A stretch of 64,000 nucleotides of DNA from a virus (taxonomy: Duplodnaviria; Caudoviricetes): positions 7,164-71,163 of IMG/VR virus record IMGVR_UViG_3300047392_000199; one strand, given 5' to 3'. Position 1 is the first letter of the stretch, and the number at the start of each line of letters is the position of its first letter. Below the pieces are notes generated by a model. That model ran no database searches and was not told the DNA's origin. It worked only from the letters and a program-made list of their open reading frames with translations. Below, one piece after another: positions 18,409 through 28,414 of the stretch. The position numbers and the translations under genes were made by a program.

Positions 18409-19817
18409 TGTTATTAGACATCGAACAAAGAGAAAAAGAGGTTATGGTTTCCTTTTATAATAAAGAAGGAGAAGTAGCTTTTAAAAGATACCCAATCAAT
18501 CAATACCAAAACTGGTTTGTTTGTGATGCTAAAGATCGTGAAGCAAGTACTCAATTTAAAAATTGGGATAATCGTCCCGTTAAATTAGGTACATCTAGAC
18601 AATTTAATAAGTTTTCTTTGGTATATTTTATGGATAATCTTCCTGAAAAGGATAAAGAAGAGATTTATGCATACAATATGCCAAAGACTTATTTTGTCGA
18701 TATTGAGACTGAAATTGTTGATGGTTTCCCTAAAGCAGAAGAAGCTAAATCTAGAATCTTAACTTTCTCAATTATTACTCCAAATAAAAAGACAATTGTT
18801 CTTGGATTAGAAGACCTTTCACCTGAACAAATTAGTCAAATTGAAAAAGATACTAATGAGTATTTTAAACAATTAGATTCTGATTGGACTTTTCAATATA
18901 TTAAGTTTAAATCTGAATACGATATGGTTTATACGTTCTTGTATAAATTCATGCCTAAATTCCCAATGATGTCAGGTTGGAACTTTATCAACTATGACTG
19001 GCAATATATTGTTAATCGTTGTAAAAGATTACAAATTGATATTGCAGATTCAGCACTAACAAAAGCAGTAGATTCTACAGATTCAAGACCACTTCACATG
19101 GGTATTCTTGATTACATGCAATTATATGACAAATATGATAAATCTGTAAAAGTTAAAGAATCAAATGCTCTTGAATATGTTGCAGGTCAAGTTCTAGGTT
19201 TTGGTAAAATCAAGTACAATGGCGGTTTACAAGACCTTTATCGTGATGATTTTAAAAAGTATGTTTATTATAACGTAGTCGATAGCGTGTTAGTATATTA
19301 CATTGACCAGAAATTAAAATCAATGGAAGTACTTCTAACACTTGCAAATATTACAAGAATGCCTCTTTATAAAGCAGCATCCCCGGTTGCCGTAACTGAA
19401 GCATTAATTGCCCGTAAAATGGCAGAATCTGGTTTTAGAATTGGAACCGAACAAAGATCTGACGGTAAAAAAGATACACAATATGCAGGTGCATTCGTAA
19501 AAGAACCTAAAGTCGGTTTCTACCACGGAGTAAGTGCATTTGACTTTGCATCTCTATATCCATCTATTATGCGACAGTTCAATATCTCACCAGATGCATT
19601 TGTTGAAAAAGTTCCACTTTCAAAGATTGAAGAACGCAGAGCAGATAAAAATGTTATTGTTTGTGAAAATGGAGTTGTTTATCGTAATGAAGATTCAATG
19701 TTAAAAATGATTCTTACAGATTTATATTCAAAAAGAAAGCAATATAAGTCTACATCTTACGATCTATATACAAAAGCAGAACACTACAAAAAGTTATTAG
19801 AAAAGAAAAAAGATTAA
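18408..19817 (+). CDS. family B DNA polymerase, N-terminal subunit (gp43A-like)
   Basis: ExoI DIETE, ExoII GWN...YD, ExoIII YNVVD, motif A DFASLYPS; ends in the fingers helix and lacks motifs B and C. Confidence 0.9.
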   Translation: MLLDIEQREKEVMVSFYNKEGEVAFKRYPINQYQNWFVCDAKDREASTQFKNWDNRPVKLGTSRQFNKFSLVYFMDNLPEKDKEEIYAYNMPKTYFVDIETEIVDGFPKAEEAKSRILTFSIITPNKKTIVLGLEDLSPEQISQIEKDTNEYFKQLDSDWTFQYIKFKSEYDMVYTFLYKFMPKFPMMSGWNFINYDWQYIVNRCKRLQIDIADSALTKAVDSTDSRPLHMGILDYMQLYDKYDKSVKVKESNALEYVAGQVLGFGKIKYNGGLQDLYRDDFKKYVYYNVVDSVLVYYIDQKLKSMEVLLTLANITRMPLYKAASPVAVTEALIARKMAESGFRIGTEQRSDGKKDTQYAGAFVKEPKVGFYHGVSAFDFASLYPSIMRQFNISPDAFVEKVPLSKIEERRADKNVIVCENGVVYRNEDSMLKMILTDLYSKRKQYKSTSYDLYTKAEHYKKLLEKKKD

Positions 19818-19870
19818 CTTCCGGACTATGTCTGCTGGGTTATCTTTAATATATAAAGAAATCCTAATAC

Positions 19871-19901
19871 AATGGCCTGGAAGTTAAAACTCTAGGCCAT
19901 T
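19871..19901 (+). promoter_or_regulatory. hairpin in the nrdB leader
   Basis: AATGGCCTGGA...TCTAGGCCATT stem downstream of AATATATA (19848). Confidence 0.45.
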
Positions 19902-19935
19902 CTAGTCTAGACAAAAAGTAAAAAAAATTAAAAAA

Positions 19936-20952
19936 ATGGAAAATTCAAAATCATCATTATTTGTTGAACGTGTCGAGTACAAACCTTTTGAATATCCAAT
20001 GTACTATACCGAAGGATGGCTTCCGGTAATGCAAGCACATTGGTTACACACAGAGATTTCAATGCAAGGCGATCTTAAAGATTGGAATGAGCATCTAACT
20101 CCTTCTGAAAAGAACCTTGTTGGAAATATATTATTAGGTTTTGCTCAAACAGAATGCGCAGTTTCAGATTACTGGACTAATATGGTAACTAAATGGTTCC
20201 CAAAACACGAAATTAGACAAATGGCGATGGCTTTTGGTGCAAACGAAACAGTACATGCTGTAGCATACTCATACTTAAATGAGACCTTAGGATTAGAAGA
20301 TTTTGCAGCATTTCTTAAAGAACCTGCAACTTCTCAGAAATTTGAATTCTTAGTTGAAACTAATAATGATTATACTCATTTAGATTTACAACATAATGCA
20401 GATGCTAGAAAAGACGTTGCCCGATCACTTGCAATCTTCTCTGCTTTCGCTGAAGGAGTTTCACTATATTCATCATTTGCAGTTTTATATTCATTCCAGA
20501 TGCGTAACCTACTTAAAGGTATTGGTCAGCAAATGAAATGGTCAGTTAGAGACGAATCACTACACTCTAAAATGGGTTGTCAACTTTTCCGTCACATATG
20601 TGAAGAATATCCTGAATTAAAAGAAGCAGTTCAATCTCAAGTTGAAGAGGCTGCAAAACTTATGGTTGAAATGGAATTCCAATTTATCAATAAAATGTTT
20701 GAAATGGGAGACCTTGAAAACATGCAAGCTGATGACCTTAAAGAATTTATTAAGAAAAGAGCAAATGAAAAACTAAACGAATTAGGATATGAAAGCATTT
20801 TTCATTATAGTGAAGCAATGGCTAGTCAATTAGACTGGTTCTATCACTTAACAGGAGGACATACACATACTGACTTTTTTGCAATTCGACCAACTGATTA
20901 CTCTAAAGCAGGAGAAGACGAGAATTGGGACGAGGACGACATGTTTTCATAA
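19936..20952 (+). CDS. nrdB: ribonucleotide reductase class Ia beta subunit
   Basis: ETVHAVAYSY, AEGVSLYSSF, RDESLH, TDFFAIRPTDYSK. Confidence 0.95.
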   Translation: MENSKSSLFVERVEYKPFEYPMYYTEGWLPVMQAHWLHTEISMQGDLKDWNEHLTPSEKNLVGNILLGFAQTECAVSDYWTNMVTKWFPKHEIRQMAMAFGANETVHAVAYSYLNETLGLEDFAAFLKEPATSQKFEFLVETNNDYTHLDLQHNADARKDVARSLAIFSAFAEGVSLYSSFAVLYSFQMRNLLKGIGQQMKWSVRDESLHSKMGCQLFRHICEEYPELKEAVQSQVEEAAKLMVEMEFQFINKMFEMGDLENMQADDLKEFIKKRANEKLNELGYESIFHYSEAMASQLDWFYHLTGGHTHTDFFAIRPTDYSKAGEDENWDEDDMFS

Positions 20953-20983
20953 GAATAAATACAATACAAATTAAATATTTTAG

Positions 20984-22801
20984 ATGGATCAAATTAATCA
21001 CGGAGAACAACAAGGCTGGGAACTAGGAGTAGATTTCCCAGTTTGGGGTAATACAGAAATTTATGTTAAAACAATATCAAAAGGATATTTGTTAAAAGGT
21101 GAAACACCTAAAGATGCTTATTGGAGAGTTTCAACAAGCGTTGCAAAAAGATTAGGAAAGCCTGAATTGGCAAGCAAATTCTTCGATTATATTTGGAAAG
21201 GTTGGTTAAACTTGGCTACTCCAGTTTTATCAAACACGGGTACTGAAAGAGGATTACCAATTTCATGTTTTGGTATTGATGTTGCAGATTCTATTGCCGA
21301 TATTGGTGGTAAGAATTTAGAAATGATGTTACTTGCAAAACATGGTGGTGGAGTTGGAATTGGTGTAAATCAAATTCGTCCAGCAGGAGCTAATATTTCT
21401 CAAAATGGTACATCTGATGGTGTAGTTCCTTTCATTAAAATTTACGATAGTTCAGTTCTAGCAACCAATCAAGGGTCAGTTAGAAGAGGAGCAGCATCAG
21501 TAAATATTGATATTGAACATGGCGATTTTTGGGAATGGTTAGAAATTAGAGAACCTAAAGGAGATGTTAATCGTCAATCTTTAAATATGCACCAATGTGT
21601 TGTTGTTTCAGATAGTTTCATGGCTAAATTAGAAGCTGGAGACAAAGAAGCAAGAAAACGTTGGGCTGCAGTTCTTAGAAAAAGAAAATCAACTGGAGAG
21701 CCTTATGTAATGTACAAAGGAAATGTTAACAGAGCAAATCCTGAAGCTTACAAACAAAATGGTTTAAAAGTTTATATGACAAATATTTGTTCAGAGATTA
21801 CTTTACACACTGATGAGAATCACTCATTTGTTTGTTGTTTAAGTTCATTGAACTTGGCTAAATATGATGAGTGGAAAAATACTGACTTAGTATATACATC
21901 AACTCAATTTTTAGATGGAGTTCTTTCTGAATTTATTAGTCGTGCAAAATACATGAGAGGTTTTGAAAACTCAGTTCGTTCTGCTGAAAAAGGTAGAGCA
22001 TTAGGACTTGGAGTTTTAGGATGGCACACATATTTACAAGATCGTAATATTCCATTTGATTCCCTAATGGCTCAATTTGAAACTAGAAAGATTTTTAGTC
22101 AAATCAAAATTGAATCTGAAAGAGCAAGTAGAGATATGGCGACAGAATATGGAGAACCTTTATGGTGTGTTGGTACTGGAATGAGAAACACACATTTACG
22201 TGCAATTGCTCCTACAGTTTCTAACTCTAAATTATCTGGTAATGTTTCTGCAGGTATTGAACCTTGGGCAGCAAACGTATTTACAGAACAAACAGCCAAA
22301 GGTACTTTCATTAGAAAGAATCCAACATTAGAAAAAGCTTTATCATTTGTTAAAAAGAATAATAAAGAAACATGGGATCAGATTTTAGCCGATGGCGGAT
22401 CAGTTCAAGGTTTAGATTGGATGGATGAATACTTTGTACGAATTGGAGAGAAATTAGAAGAGAAAGCAGGAAGACCTATTCATATTGAGAAATTAAATGA
22501 ATTAGAAAATGTTCATAAAGATGAATTCATTCCAATGAAAGATGCTTATAGAACATTTAAAGAAATTAATCAAATGGAATTAGTTAAACAAGCTGGACTT
22601 CGACAACAATATGTCGACCAAGCAGTTTCATTAAACTTAGCATTTCCAAATGAGGCCGAACCTAAATTTATCAATCAAGTGCATTTAGAAGCTTATAATC
22701 AAGGAATCAAAACACTTTATTATATGAGAACTGAATCAGTACTTAGAGGAGATATAGCACAAAGAGCAATGGATCCTGATTGTTTAAGTTGTGATGGATA
22801 A
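20984..22801 (+). CDS. nrdA: ribonucleotide reductase class Ia alpha subunit (no ATP-cone)
   Basis: LPISCF, TNICSEI, VCCLSS, IAPTVS, KTLYY, C-terminal CLSCDG. Confidence 0.95.
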   Translation: MDQINHGEQQGWELGVDFPVWGNTEIYVKTISKGYLLKGETPKDAYWRVSTSVAKRLGKPELASKFFDYIWKGWLNLATPVLSNTGTERGLPISCFGIDVADSIADIGGKNLEMMLLAKHGGGVGIGVNQIRPAGANISQNGTSDGVVPFIKIYDSSVLATNQGSVRRGAASVNIDIEHGDFWEWLEIREPKGDVNRQSLNMHQCVVVSDSFMAKLEAGDKEARKRWAAVLRKRKSTGEPYVMYKGNVNRANPEAYKQNGLKVYMTNICSEITLHTDENHSFVCCLSSLNLAKYDEWKNTDLVYTSTQFLDGVLSEFISRAKYMRGFENSVRSAEKGRALGLGVLGWHTYLQDRNIPFDSLMAQFETRKIFSQIKIESERASRDMATEYGEPLWCVGTGMRNTHLRAIAPTVSNSKLSGNVSAGIEPWAANVFTEQTAKGTFIRKNPTLEKALSFVKKNNKETWDQILADGGSVQGLDWMDEYFVRIGEKLEEKAGRPIHIEKLNELENVHKDEFIPMKDAYRTFKEINQMELVKQAGLRQQYVDQAVSLNLAFPNEAEPKFINQVHLEAYNQGIKTLYYMRTESVLRGDIAQRAMDPDCLSCDG

Positions 22802-22808
22802 AATTCCG

Positions 22809-22896
22809 GTGTCTATATTTATATAGGCACATTTTAGGACCGTTATAGTTAACGGGTTGGGCAGAGAAACGTTCGCTACTATCTCTGCCCTTTTTT
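22809..22896 (+). ncRNA. three-hairpin structured element ending in a terminator
   Basis: Stems at 22809-22830, 22840-22855 and 22859-22890, followed by T6. Confidence 0.45.
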
Positions 22897-22899
22897 ATG

Positions 22900-22925
22900 A
22901 AACAAAACCAGTTTACTCGATATAA
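22900..22925 (+). promoter_or_regulatory. AAAC-N17-TATAA promoter
   Basis: Exact motif upstream of the clamp/polymerase-B operon. Confidence 0.7.
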
Positions 22926-22960
22926 GTATCATATCAAACGTTTCTAAAAAAAGTTTATTC

Positions 22961-23707
22961 ATGAAATTACACATTGACAAAGTAGACCAAAACAATTTTA
23001 TTGGTTTCGTAAACAGATTGAAACTTATTGACTCTTTTATCTATTTTAAGATTAAAGGCGATCAAGTAGTTTCTTCAGCTTACTTGCCACAGCGAGATGC
23101 TGTGAAGCACAACGCTCTTCCATTAGGAGAGATTTTCGTAACATCAGGCGAAACACCTGAAAAAGAATTAAAAGTTGCATTTTTTGATGCTGCTAAATTA
23201 ATCGAAGCATTTAAACAATTCGACTACCAAGGTATCCATGGTGAAATCGAATTTATTGAAAATGATGAAGATTGCGTAGCAACAAGCTTTAAAATCTTTA
23301 ATGATGATTTAGAAATCACATTATCTTGTTCAGAACCTTCTTTAGGTTACAAAGATTTAACAGAATCTCAATTACAAGGAATCTTCAATACTGAAGGATC
23401 TGATTTCGTATTCGAATTAAGTAATGTAGAAGCTGGAAAAATCAAATCTTTATTCAACTTAGATAAAGATGAAACATTTAGTATCTCATCTTCTGATGAT
23501 GGTGTTAAAATTAGTGGTAAATCATACAGCAAATTAGTAAGTACTGAATTTGAAGGTGATAAAGCAAGTGTAACAGTTTATAAAAAGTATTTGAGTTTAC
23601 TTGACAAAGAGGACTACAAAGCTTACGTATTCGGTAATCGCGTAGTATTACGCTCTACTGAATCTGCTACTTTATTAACTATTGCAACATGCCAATCCGC
23701 TGATTAA
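22961..23707 (+). CDS. sliding clamp (gp45-like)
   Basis: 248 aa acidic two-domain pattern directly upstream of the polymerase C-terminal subunit; inferred from size and context. Confidence 0.6.
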   Translation: MKLHIDKVDQNNFIGFVNRLKLIDSFIYFKIKGDQVVSSAYLPQRDAVKHNALPLGEIFVTSGETPEKELKVAFFDAAKLIEAFKQFDYQGIHGEIEFIENDEDCVATSFKIFNDDLEITLSCSEPSLGYKDLTESQLQGIFNTEGSDFVFELSNVEAGKIKSLFNLDKDETFSISSSDDGVKISGKSYSKLVSTEFEGDKASVTVYKKYLSLLDKEDYKAYVFGNRVVLRSTESATLLTIATCQSAD

Positions 23708-24903
23708 TGACAATTGAAGAACTACTAAATAAACCTGAAGAGCAACTTACCAGAAACGAGCTTGAAATCTTGGCTACTCATTTTAAGAATGAGTCAGCCA
23801 AGTTTACAGCTTATGAACAAGCCGTTAAAGTAACTTTAAACTCTATTTATGGAGCCTTTGGGAACCAGTGGTTCCATTTTTTCAATATTGATATTGCCGA
23901 ATCCATCACATTACAAGGACAAAATGCAATTCTTTATTCTGCAAAAATTCTAAATAAGTATTTCCAAGAATTCTTTATTAAAGATACTGATGTTCATCAA
24001 AAATTAAACATTAAAGTTAAGCATCAAATTCATAAAGAAGCCGTAATTTATATCGATACCGATTCGAATTATGTGCAGTTTGAAGAGATGTACAATTCTA
24101 TTGAATGGCTTGGCGAAAAGATGGACATTGCTACATTTATTTTAGCAATTTACAATCTTAGAATTAAAGAGTATATTTCTAAAGCACTAGATAAATATGC
24201 ATCTTCTAGAAACACTGAAAGCTTCTTGCAATTTGAATTAGAATCTATTGCTTATGCCGGAATTTGGATGGCCAAAAAGAAGTACATTCAAGATATTGCA
24301 TGGGAAGACAAGTTAAAAGAACATGAAAGATACCCGTCACTTAAGAAAGTAAAAGTTATTGGATTCGATTCTATTCAATCCTCAACTCCAACTTTTGTTC
24401 GTAAGAAATTAACTGAAGCAATTCAATTGTTATTTACTGAAAAACCTAATGCTGATACTCTTAGTATTATGGTAAACTTTCTTAAGAAAACTAAGAAAGA
24501 ATTTAAGATGGCAAACATTGATGATATTACATTCAATAAGAGAACAAATAATATTGAAAAATATATCGTTGATGACCATATTGAATTCCAGTATGGTTCT
24601 AAATGTCCACCTAACGTGAAAGCTGCAGGATTCTACAATTATCTATTGAACAACAATCCAAAGTACAAAAACAAGTACAAATTAATTGGTAATGGCGAAA
24701 AGCTAAGATTGTATCATTGTAACCATAAAACTTGCGAAATGTTTGCATATTTTCCTGGTGACCATCCATATGAAATTGCACCACCTATCGATTATGAAGT
24801 ACAATTCGAAAAGAGTATGATTGATCCATTAAATCGTGTATTAGAATCGATTGGATTACAAACTCTAAATAGAAACTTAATTTATTCAACTTCATTATTT
24901 TAA
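23707..24903 (+). CDS. family B DNA polymerase, C-terminal subunit (gp43B-like)
   Basis: Motif B KVTLNSIYG, motif C YIDTDS, KKKY, SSTP, C-terminal clamp-binding-like SLF. Confidence 0.9.
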   Translation: MTIEELLNKPEEQLTRNELEILATHFKNESAKFTAYEQAVKVTLNSIYGAFGNQWFHFFNIDIAESITLQGQNAILYSAKILNKYFQEFFIKDTDVHQKLNIKVKHQIHKEAVIYIDTDSNYVQFEEMYNSIEWLGEKMDIATFILAIYNLRIKEYISKALDKYASSRNTESFLQFELESIAYAGIWMAKKKYIQDIAWEDKLKEHERYPSLKKVKVIGFDSIQSSTPTFVRKKLTEAIQLLFTEKPNADTLSIMVNFLKKTKKEFKMANIDDITFNKRTNNIEKYIVDDHIEFQYGSKCPPNVKAAGFYNYLLNNNPKYKNKYKLIGNGEKLRLYHCNHKTCEMFAYFPGDHPYEIAPPIDYEVQFEKSMIDPLNRVLESIGLQTLNRNLIYSTSLF

Positions 24904-24906
24904 TCC

Positions 24907-25056
24907 ATGGAAAATAAAAAGACAATTGAACTCTTAGAAGAGCTAGTCAAAAATAATCCAAATGATATGGAACTTGGTAAAGCGATTAGGACTTTTATAA
25001 TAGAATTAGAAGCTTCTAAAAAAGAAGTAGAAAAACAAAATAAGAAAAATGATTGA
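24907..25056 (+). CDS. small protein MENKKTIELLEELVKNNPNDMELGKAIR...
   Basis: 49-aa ORF read by hand (below the track cutoff); PNDMELG motif; fills the gap. Confidence 0.6.
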   Translation: MENKKTIELLEELVKNNPNDMELGKAIRTFIIELEASKKEVEKQNKKND

Positions 25057-25243
25057 TACATCAAAACTAAGTCCTGAACAATTAGAAGTAATTGAAAAAT
25101 ATAGAGAAATCTATGGTAGAGTAGGTTCTTTAAAGATAAGAATTGAAATGCTAAAACAAGAACTTACTGATTCAATTAATGAAATTAATGAACTTCGAGT
25201 AAAAGAAGCAGACCTTTTTAAAAATATAGAAAACAATGGCTAA
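25049..25243 (+). CDS. small coiled-coil protein
   Basis: Overlaps both neighbours in operon fashion. Confidence 0.55.
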   Translation: MIDTSKLSPEQLEVIEKYREIYGRVGSLKIRIEMLKQELTDSINEINELRVKEADLFKNIENNG

Positions 25244-26357
25244 AAAACTAACATCATTCACGTTTGACGATATCAACGCTGAATTATCAGAATTAAACCC
25301 ACTAGGATCCATTATGGAAACTTCAGATTTCTCTGAAGTAACTGAATGGTTAGACACGGGAAACTATCATTTAAATGCATGTGTTTCCGGAAGTCTTTTT
25401 GGTGGATGGCCGAATAACCGATCTTGTTCAGTTGCAGGTCCTTCAGGAACTGGTAAAACATTCTTAATGTTAAATACTGTACGAGAAGCAATCAACATGG
25501 GTTACAGCGTCATCTATTATGACTCTGAGGCAGCAGTTGATAAAGACTTAATGAAGAAATTTAACATTGATACGACAAAAGTCAGTTATCAACCTGTTAA
25601 TACAGTACAGGAGTTTAGAACTTCAGTAACTTCAATTACTAAGAAAATGCAAGAAGCTAAACGAGGTGGAGCAGAAATTCCAAAAGTTATGATCGTTTTA
25701 GACTCTGCTGGTAACTTAGCAACTCAAAAAGAAATCGAAGATGCAGCATCAGGATCTGATAAAGCAGATATGACTCGTTCTAAAGTATTAAAATCAATCT
25801 TTAGAATTATCATGACTCCAATGGCTGATTTAAAGATTCCTTTCTTATTTACAAACCATACGTATCAGTCTCAGTCATTTATACCTCAACAAATCGCAGG
25901 TGGTGGAACTGGACCTGAATATGCAGCATCTATTGTGTTAATGTTAAACAAAGCACAATTAAAAGATGGAGCAGAAAAAGTTGGTATTATTGTAACTGCA
26001 AAACCTGCTAAGAATCGTTTTGCCAAACCAACTGCAATTAAATTCCATTTAGATTTTACTAAAGGAATGAATCGTTATGTTGGATTAGAGCAATATGCAA
26101 CTTGGGATATTTGTGGAGTAACTAGAGGAATTATAGATCCTAAGACTAAAGAGAAAATCAAGAAAGATACAGCTAAAACTTGGATTTGCGAGCATTTAGA
26201 TGAAGCAGTACCAAACAAAGAGTTCTTTACTGATAAAGTATTTAATCAACAGGTTCTTGAAAGAATTGAAAAATATATCCAACCATTATTTAATTACAAT
26301 ACATCAGGAGATGACGCAGGATTTGACATTGATGATGTTATAGATTCAGAAGATTAA
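25236..26357 (+). CDS. uvsX: UvsX RecA-like recombinase
   Basis: GPSGTGKT, YYDSEAA, LDSAGNL, NHTY, GGGTG, KNRF. Confidence 0.92.
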   Translation: MAKKLTSFTFDDINAELSELNPLGSIMETSDFSEVTEWLDTGNYHLNACVSGSLFGGWPNNRSCSVAGPSGTGKTFLMLNTVREAINMGYSVIYYDSEAAVDKDLMKKFNIDTTKVSYQPVNTVQEFRTSVTSITKKMQEAKRGGAEIPKVMIVLDSAGNLATQKEIEDAASGSDKADMTRSKVLKSIFRIIMTPMADLKIPFLFTNHTYQSQSFIPQQIAGGGTGPEYAASIVLMLNKAQLKDGAEKVGIIVTAKPAKNRFAKPTAIKFHLDFTKGMNRYVGLEQYATWDICGVTRGIIDPKTKEKIKKDTAKTWICEHLDEAVPNKEFFTDKVFNQQVLERIEKYIQPLFNYNTSGDDAGFDIDDVIDSED

Positions 26358-26358
26358 T

Positions 26359-26670
26359 ATGCAACCAAATGTCTACAAAATTGAGGAAGACAAGTTGCCA
26401 ATCAAATATATCTTAGGAATTGAACAAGAATTTCCAGATTTCCCAGATGCTTTTGACATTGTCTATGCCTTTATAAACCGTGCGATCAGAAATCCTGATC
26501 GACACGGTGCATCTTTTACCAAGGCAGCATTGATAAATTATCATGCAAAGGGTAAAGAAGAACAATCTGAAAGAGGATTGAAACATGCAATCGAATTAGG
26601 ACTTATTGATTGTACTTGTGAAACAGAAGGCAAAGAGTCTTATACAATACTTATAAACCCATTCATATGA
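26359..26670 (+). CDS. hypothetical protein (possible winged helix)
   Basis: In the operon between uvsX and the helicase. Confidence 0.55.
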   Translation: MQPNVYKIEEDKLPIKYILGIEQEFPDFPDAFDIVYAFINRAIRNPDRHGASFTKAALINYHAKGKEEQSERGLKHAIELGLIDCTCETEGKESYTILINPFI

Positions 26671-27974
26671 ATTTCGGACAAGATTTTGAAAAAATATTCT
26701 TTAAGCTATCGCTATCCAAGCCAAAGTATTTAGAAGCAATTAAAAAAGGATTCTATACTTCGGAAGATATTGACAGCTTACACTATCTTGCAGGTAAATT
26801 TTATGATAAATTTCATGAAGCTCCAAGCGCTGAGCAAATGAAGTTATTAACTCAGAAGATAACAAAGAAAATCGATCCAGATATGGTCGATATGATTTAT
26901 GATTCTGATTTAAAACAATATGACGAAGAATGGTTAACATCTACTGCAGAAGCATGGATTAAATGGAGAAACTTTGATACAACTTTAGTTGATACAATCG
27001 AATACATTAAATCTACCAATGTTACTCCAGAAAATGCAGATCAAATCATTTCTAAAGTTAAAACATTAATCAATGATAGAAACTCATTAGTATTTAATTC
27101 TGATATTGGATTAGATTTCTTTAATCCAGAGCATCACCAATACAATGAGTCTTCTAAGTTCCCAACACCTTATGTTTTCTTAGACCGAATTCTTGGAGGT
27201 GGTTATGATAAATCTGGTACTTTAACAGTTTATGTCGGAGAACAAAACATTGGTAAATCTATTTTCTTAGCAAATGATGCGGCACACTTTGTTAAAATGG
27301 GTACAAATACAGCAGTAATTACTGCTGAGATGGCAGCTTACAAATTCATGCGAAGAATTGGTTCTAATTTATTAACAATTCCAATGAATGAGTATGATGA
27401 AAAAGCAAAAGCAACTGATTATATTCGTAGAAGATTAGAAACTGTAGGAGATGGATTAACTCCTCCTGGACAATTATTTGTTAAGCAGTTTCCTACATCA
27501 CAAGCAACCGTTCCAGATATCGAAGCTTATTTAAAACAAATCGAAGAAGAACGTAAAATTAAATTAGGTGCAGTTGTAATTGACTACATCAACATTTTAT
27601 CTAATTATAGAAATCCAAACTCTGAAAACACTTACTTAAAGATTAAGCAAATTGCTGAAGATTTAAGAGCAATGGGTGTTAGAAATAATTGGTTAATTGT
27701 AACAGCAACTCAGATTACAAGAAGCGGTTATAATTCTACCGACATCGGAATGGGAGATGTATCAGAATCTGCTGGTCTTTCTCATACTGCCGATGTTATG
27801 TTAGGTATTATTCAAGATGATTTAATGAGAGCAAGTTACGAATACTGGCTTAAAGTATTAAAAATTCGTGATGGAGAAGGAAAAGGTATGAAGTGCAAAT
27901 TGAATATCAATTATACTTATATGCGTTTAACTGAAACTGATGAAACAACAAACTCAAACATACACTCAATATGA
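26667..27974 (+). CDS. replicative DnaB-like helicase (gp41)
   Basis: GEQNIGKS, TAEM, IDYINI, TATQITR, SESAGL, KIRDG. Confidence 0.92.
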   Translation: MNFGQDFEKIFFKLSLSKPKYLEAIKKGFYTSEDIDSLHYLAGKFYDKFHEAPSAEQMKLLTQKITKKIDPDMVDMIYDSDLKQYDEEWLTSTAEAWIKWRNFDTTLVDTIEYIKSTNVTPENADQIISKVKTLINDRNSLVFNSDIGLDFFNPEHHQYNESSKFPTPYVFLDRILGGGYDKSGTLTVYVGEQNIGKSIFLANDAAHFVKMGTNTAVITAEMAAYKFMRRIGSNLLTIPMNEYDEKAKATDYIRRRLETVGDGLTPPGQLFVKQFPTSQATVPDIEAYLKQIEEERKIKLGAVVIDYINILSNYRNPNSENTYLKIKQIAEDLRAMGVRNNWLIVTATQITRSGYNSTDIGMGDVSESAGLSHTADVMLGIIQDDLMRASYEYWLKVLKIRDGEGKGMKCKLNINYTYMRLTETDETTNSNIHSI

Positions 27975-28414
27975 CGCAAAAAGTAGATAAAATATTTAAT
28001 AATACTTTTGAAAGCTCTGAGTTCGAACTTAACGGTTCGATTTCATTCGAAGTTTCAAAACAGTATTCTGATGACAGATCGGAAGATGAGAAAATAGAGT
28101 TGGAAATGATTCGTAGAGATATTCACTCTGCTATTTTAAATTCAAGATTCAAGCATTTCAACGACTTAGATGATATGCACGATACTAAGAAATTAAAAAA
28201 GATTGATATTAACGAAGTCTATGAATTTATAGTTGGCGAACTAGTTAAAAAATATTCATTAATTGAATTGTTTAGCGAAACTTGCGAATATTTTAATGTT
28301 CATCCTACTAAGTTCTATTCATCACTTGGAAATAAATTCAAAGAAGACCTAATCCAAGAACTTGATATAAGAACTAATATTTTAAAAAGAAAAAAGATAA
28401 ACCGTTTGTTCTAA
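27971..28414 (+). CDS. putative late-transcription coactivator (gp33-like C-terminal half)
   Basis: ETCEYFNVHPTKFYSSLGNKFKEDLIQE..NILKRKKINRLF resembles gp33, including an RLF clamp-binding tail. Confidence 0.45.
   Translation: MTQKVDKIFNNTFESSEFELNGSISFEVSKQYSDDRSEDEKIELEMIRRDIHSAILNSRFKHFNDLDDMHDTKKLKKIDINEVYEFIVGELVKKYSLIELFSETCEYFNVHPTKFYSSLGNKFKEDLIQELDIRTNILKRKKINRLF

Noticed and set aside
19818-23706. Possible intron or intein interrupting the polymerase
   Set aside because: The interval holds intact nrdB, nrdA and clamp genes with their own signals; no group I/II core or intein termini seen
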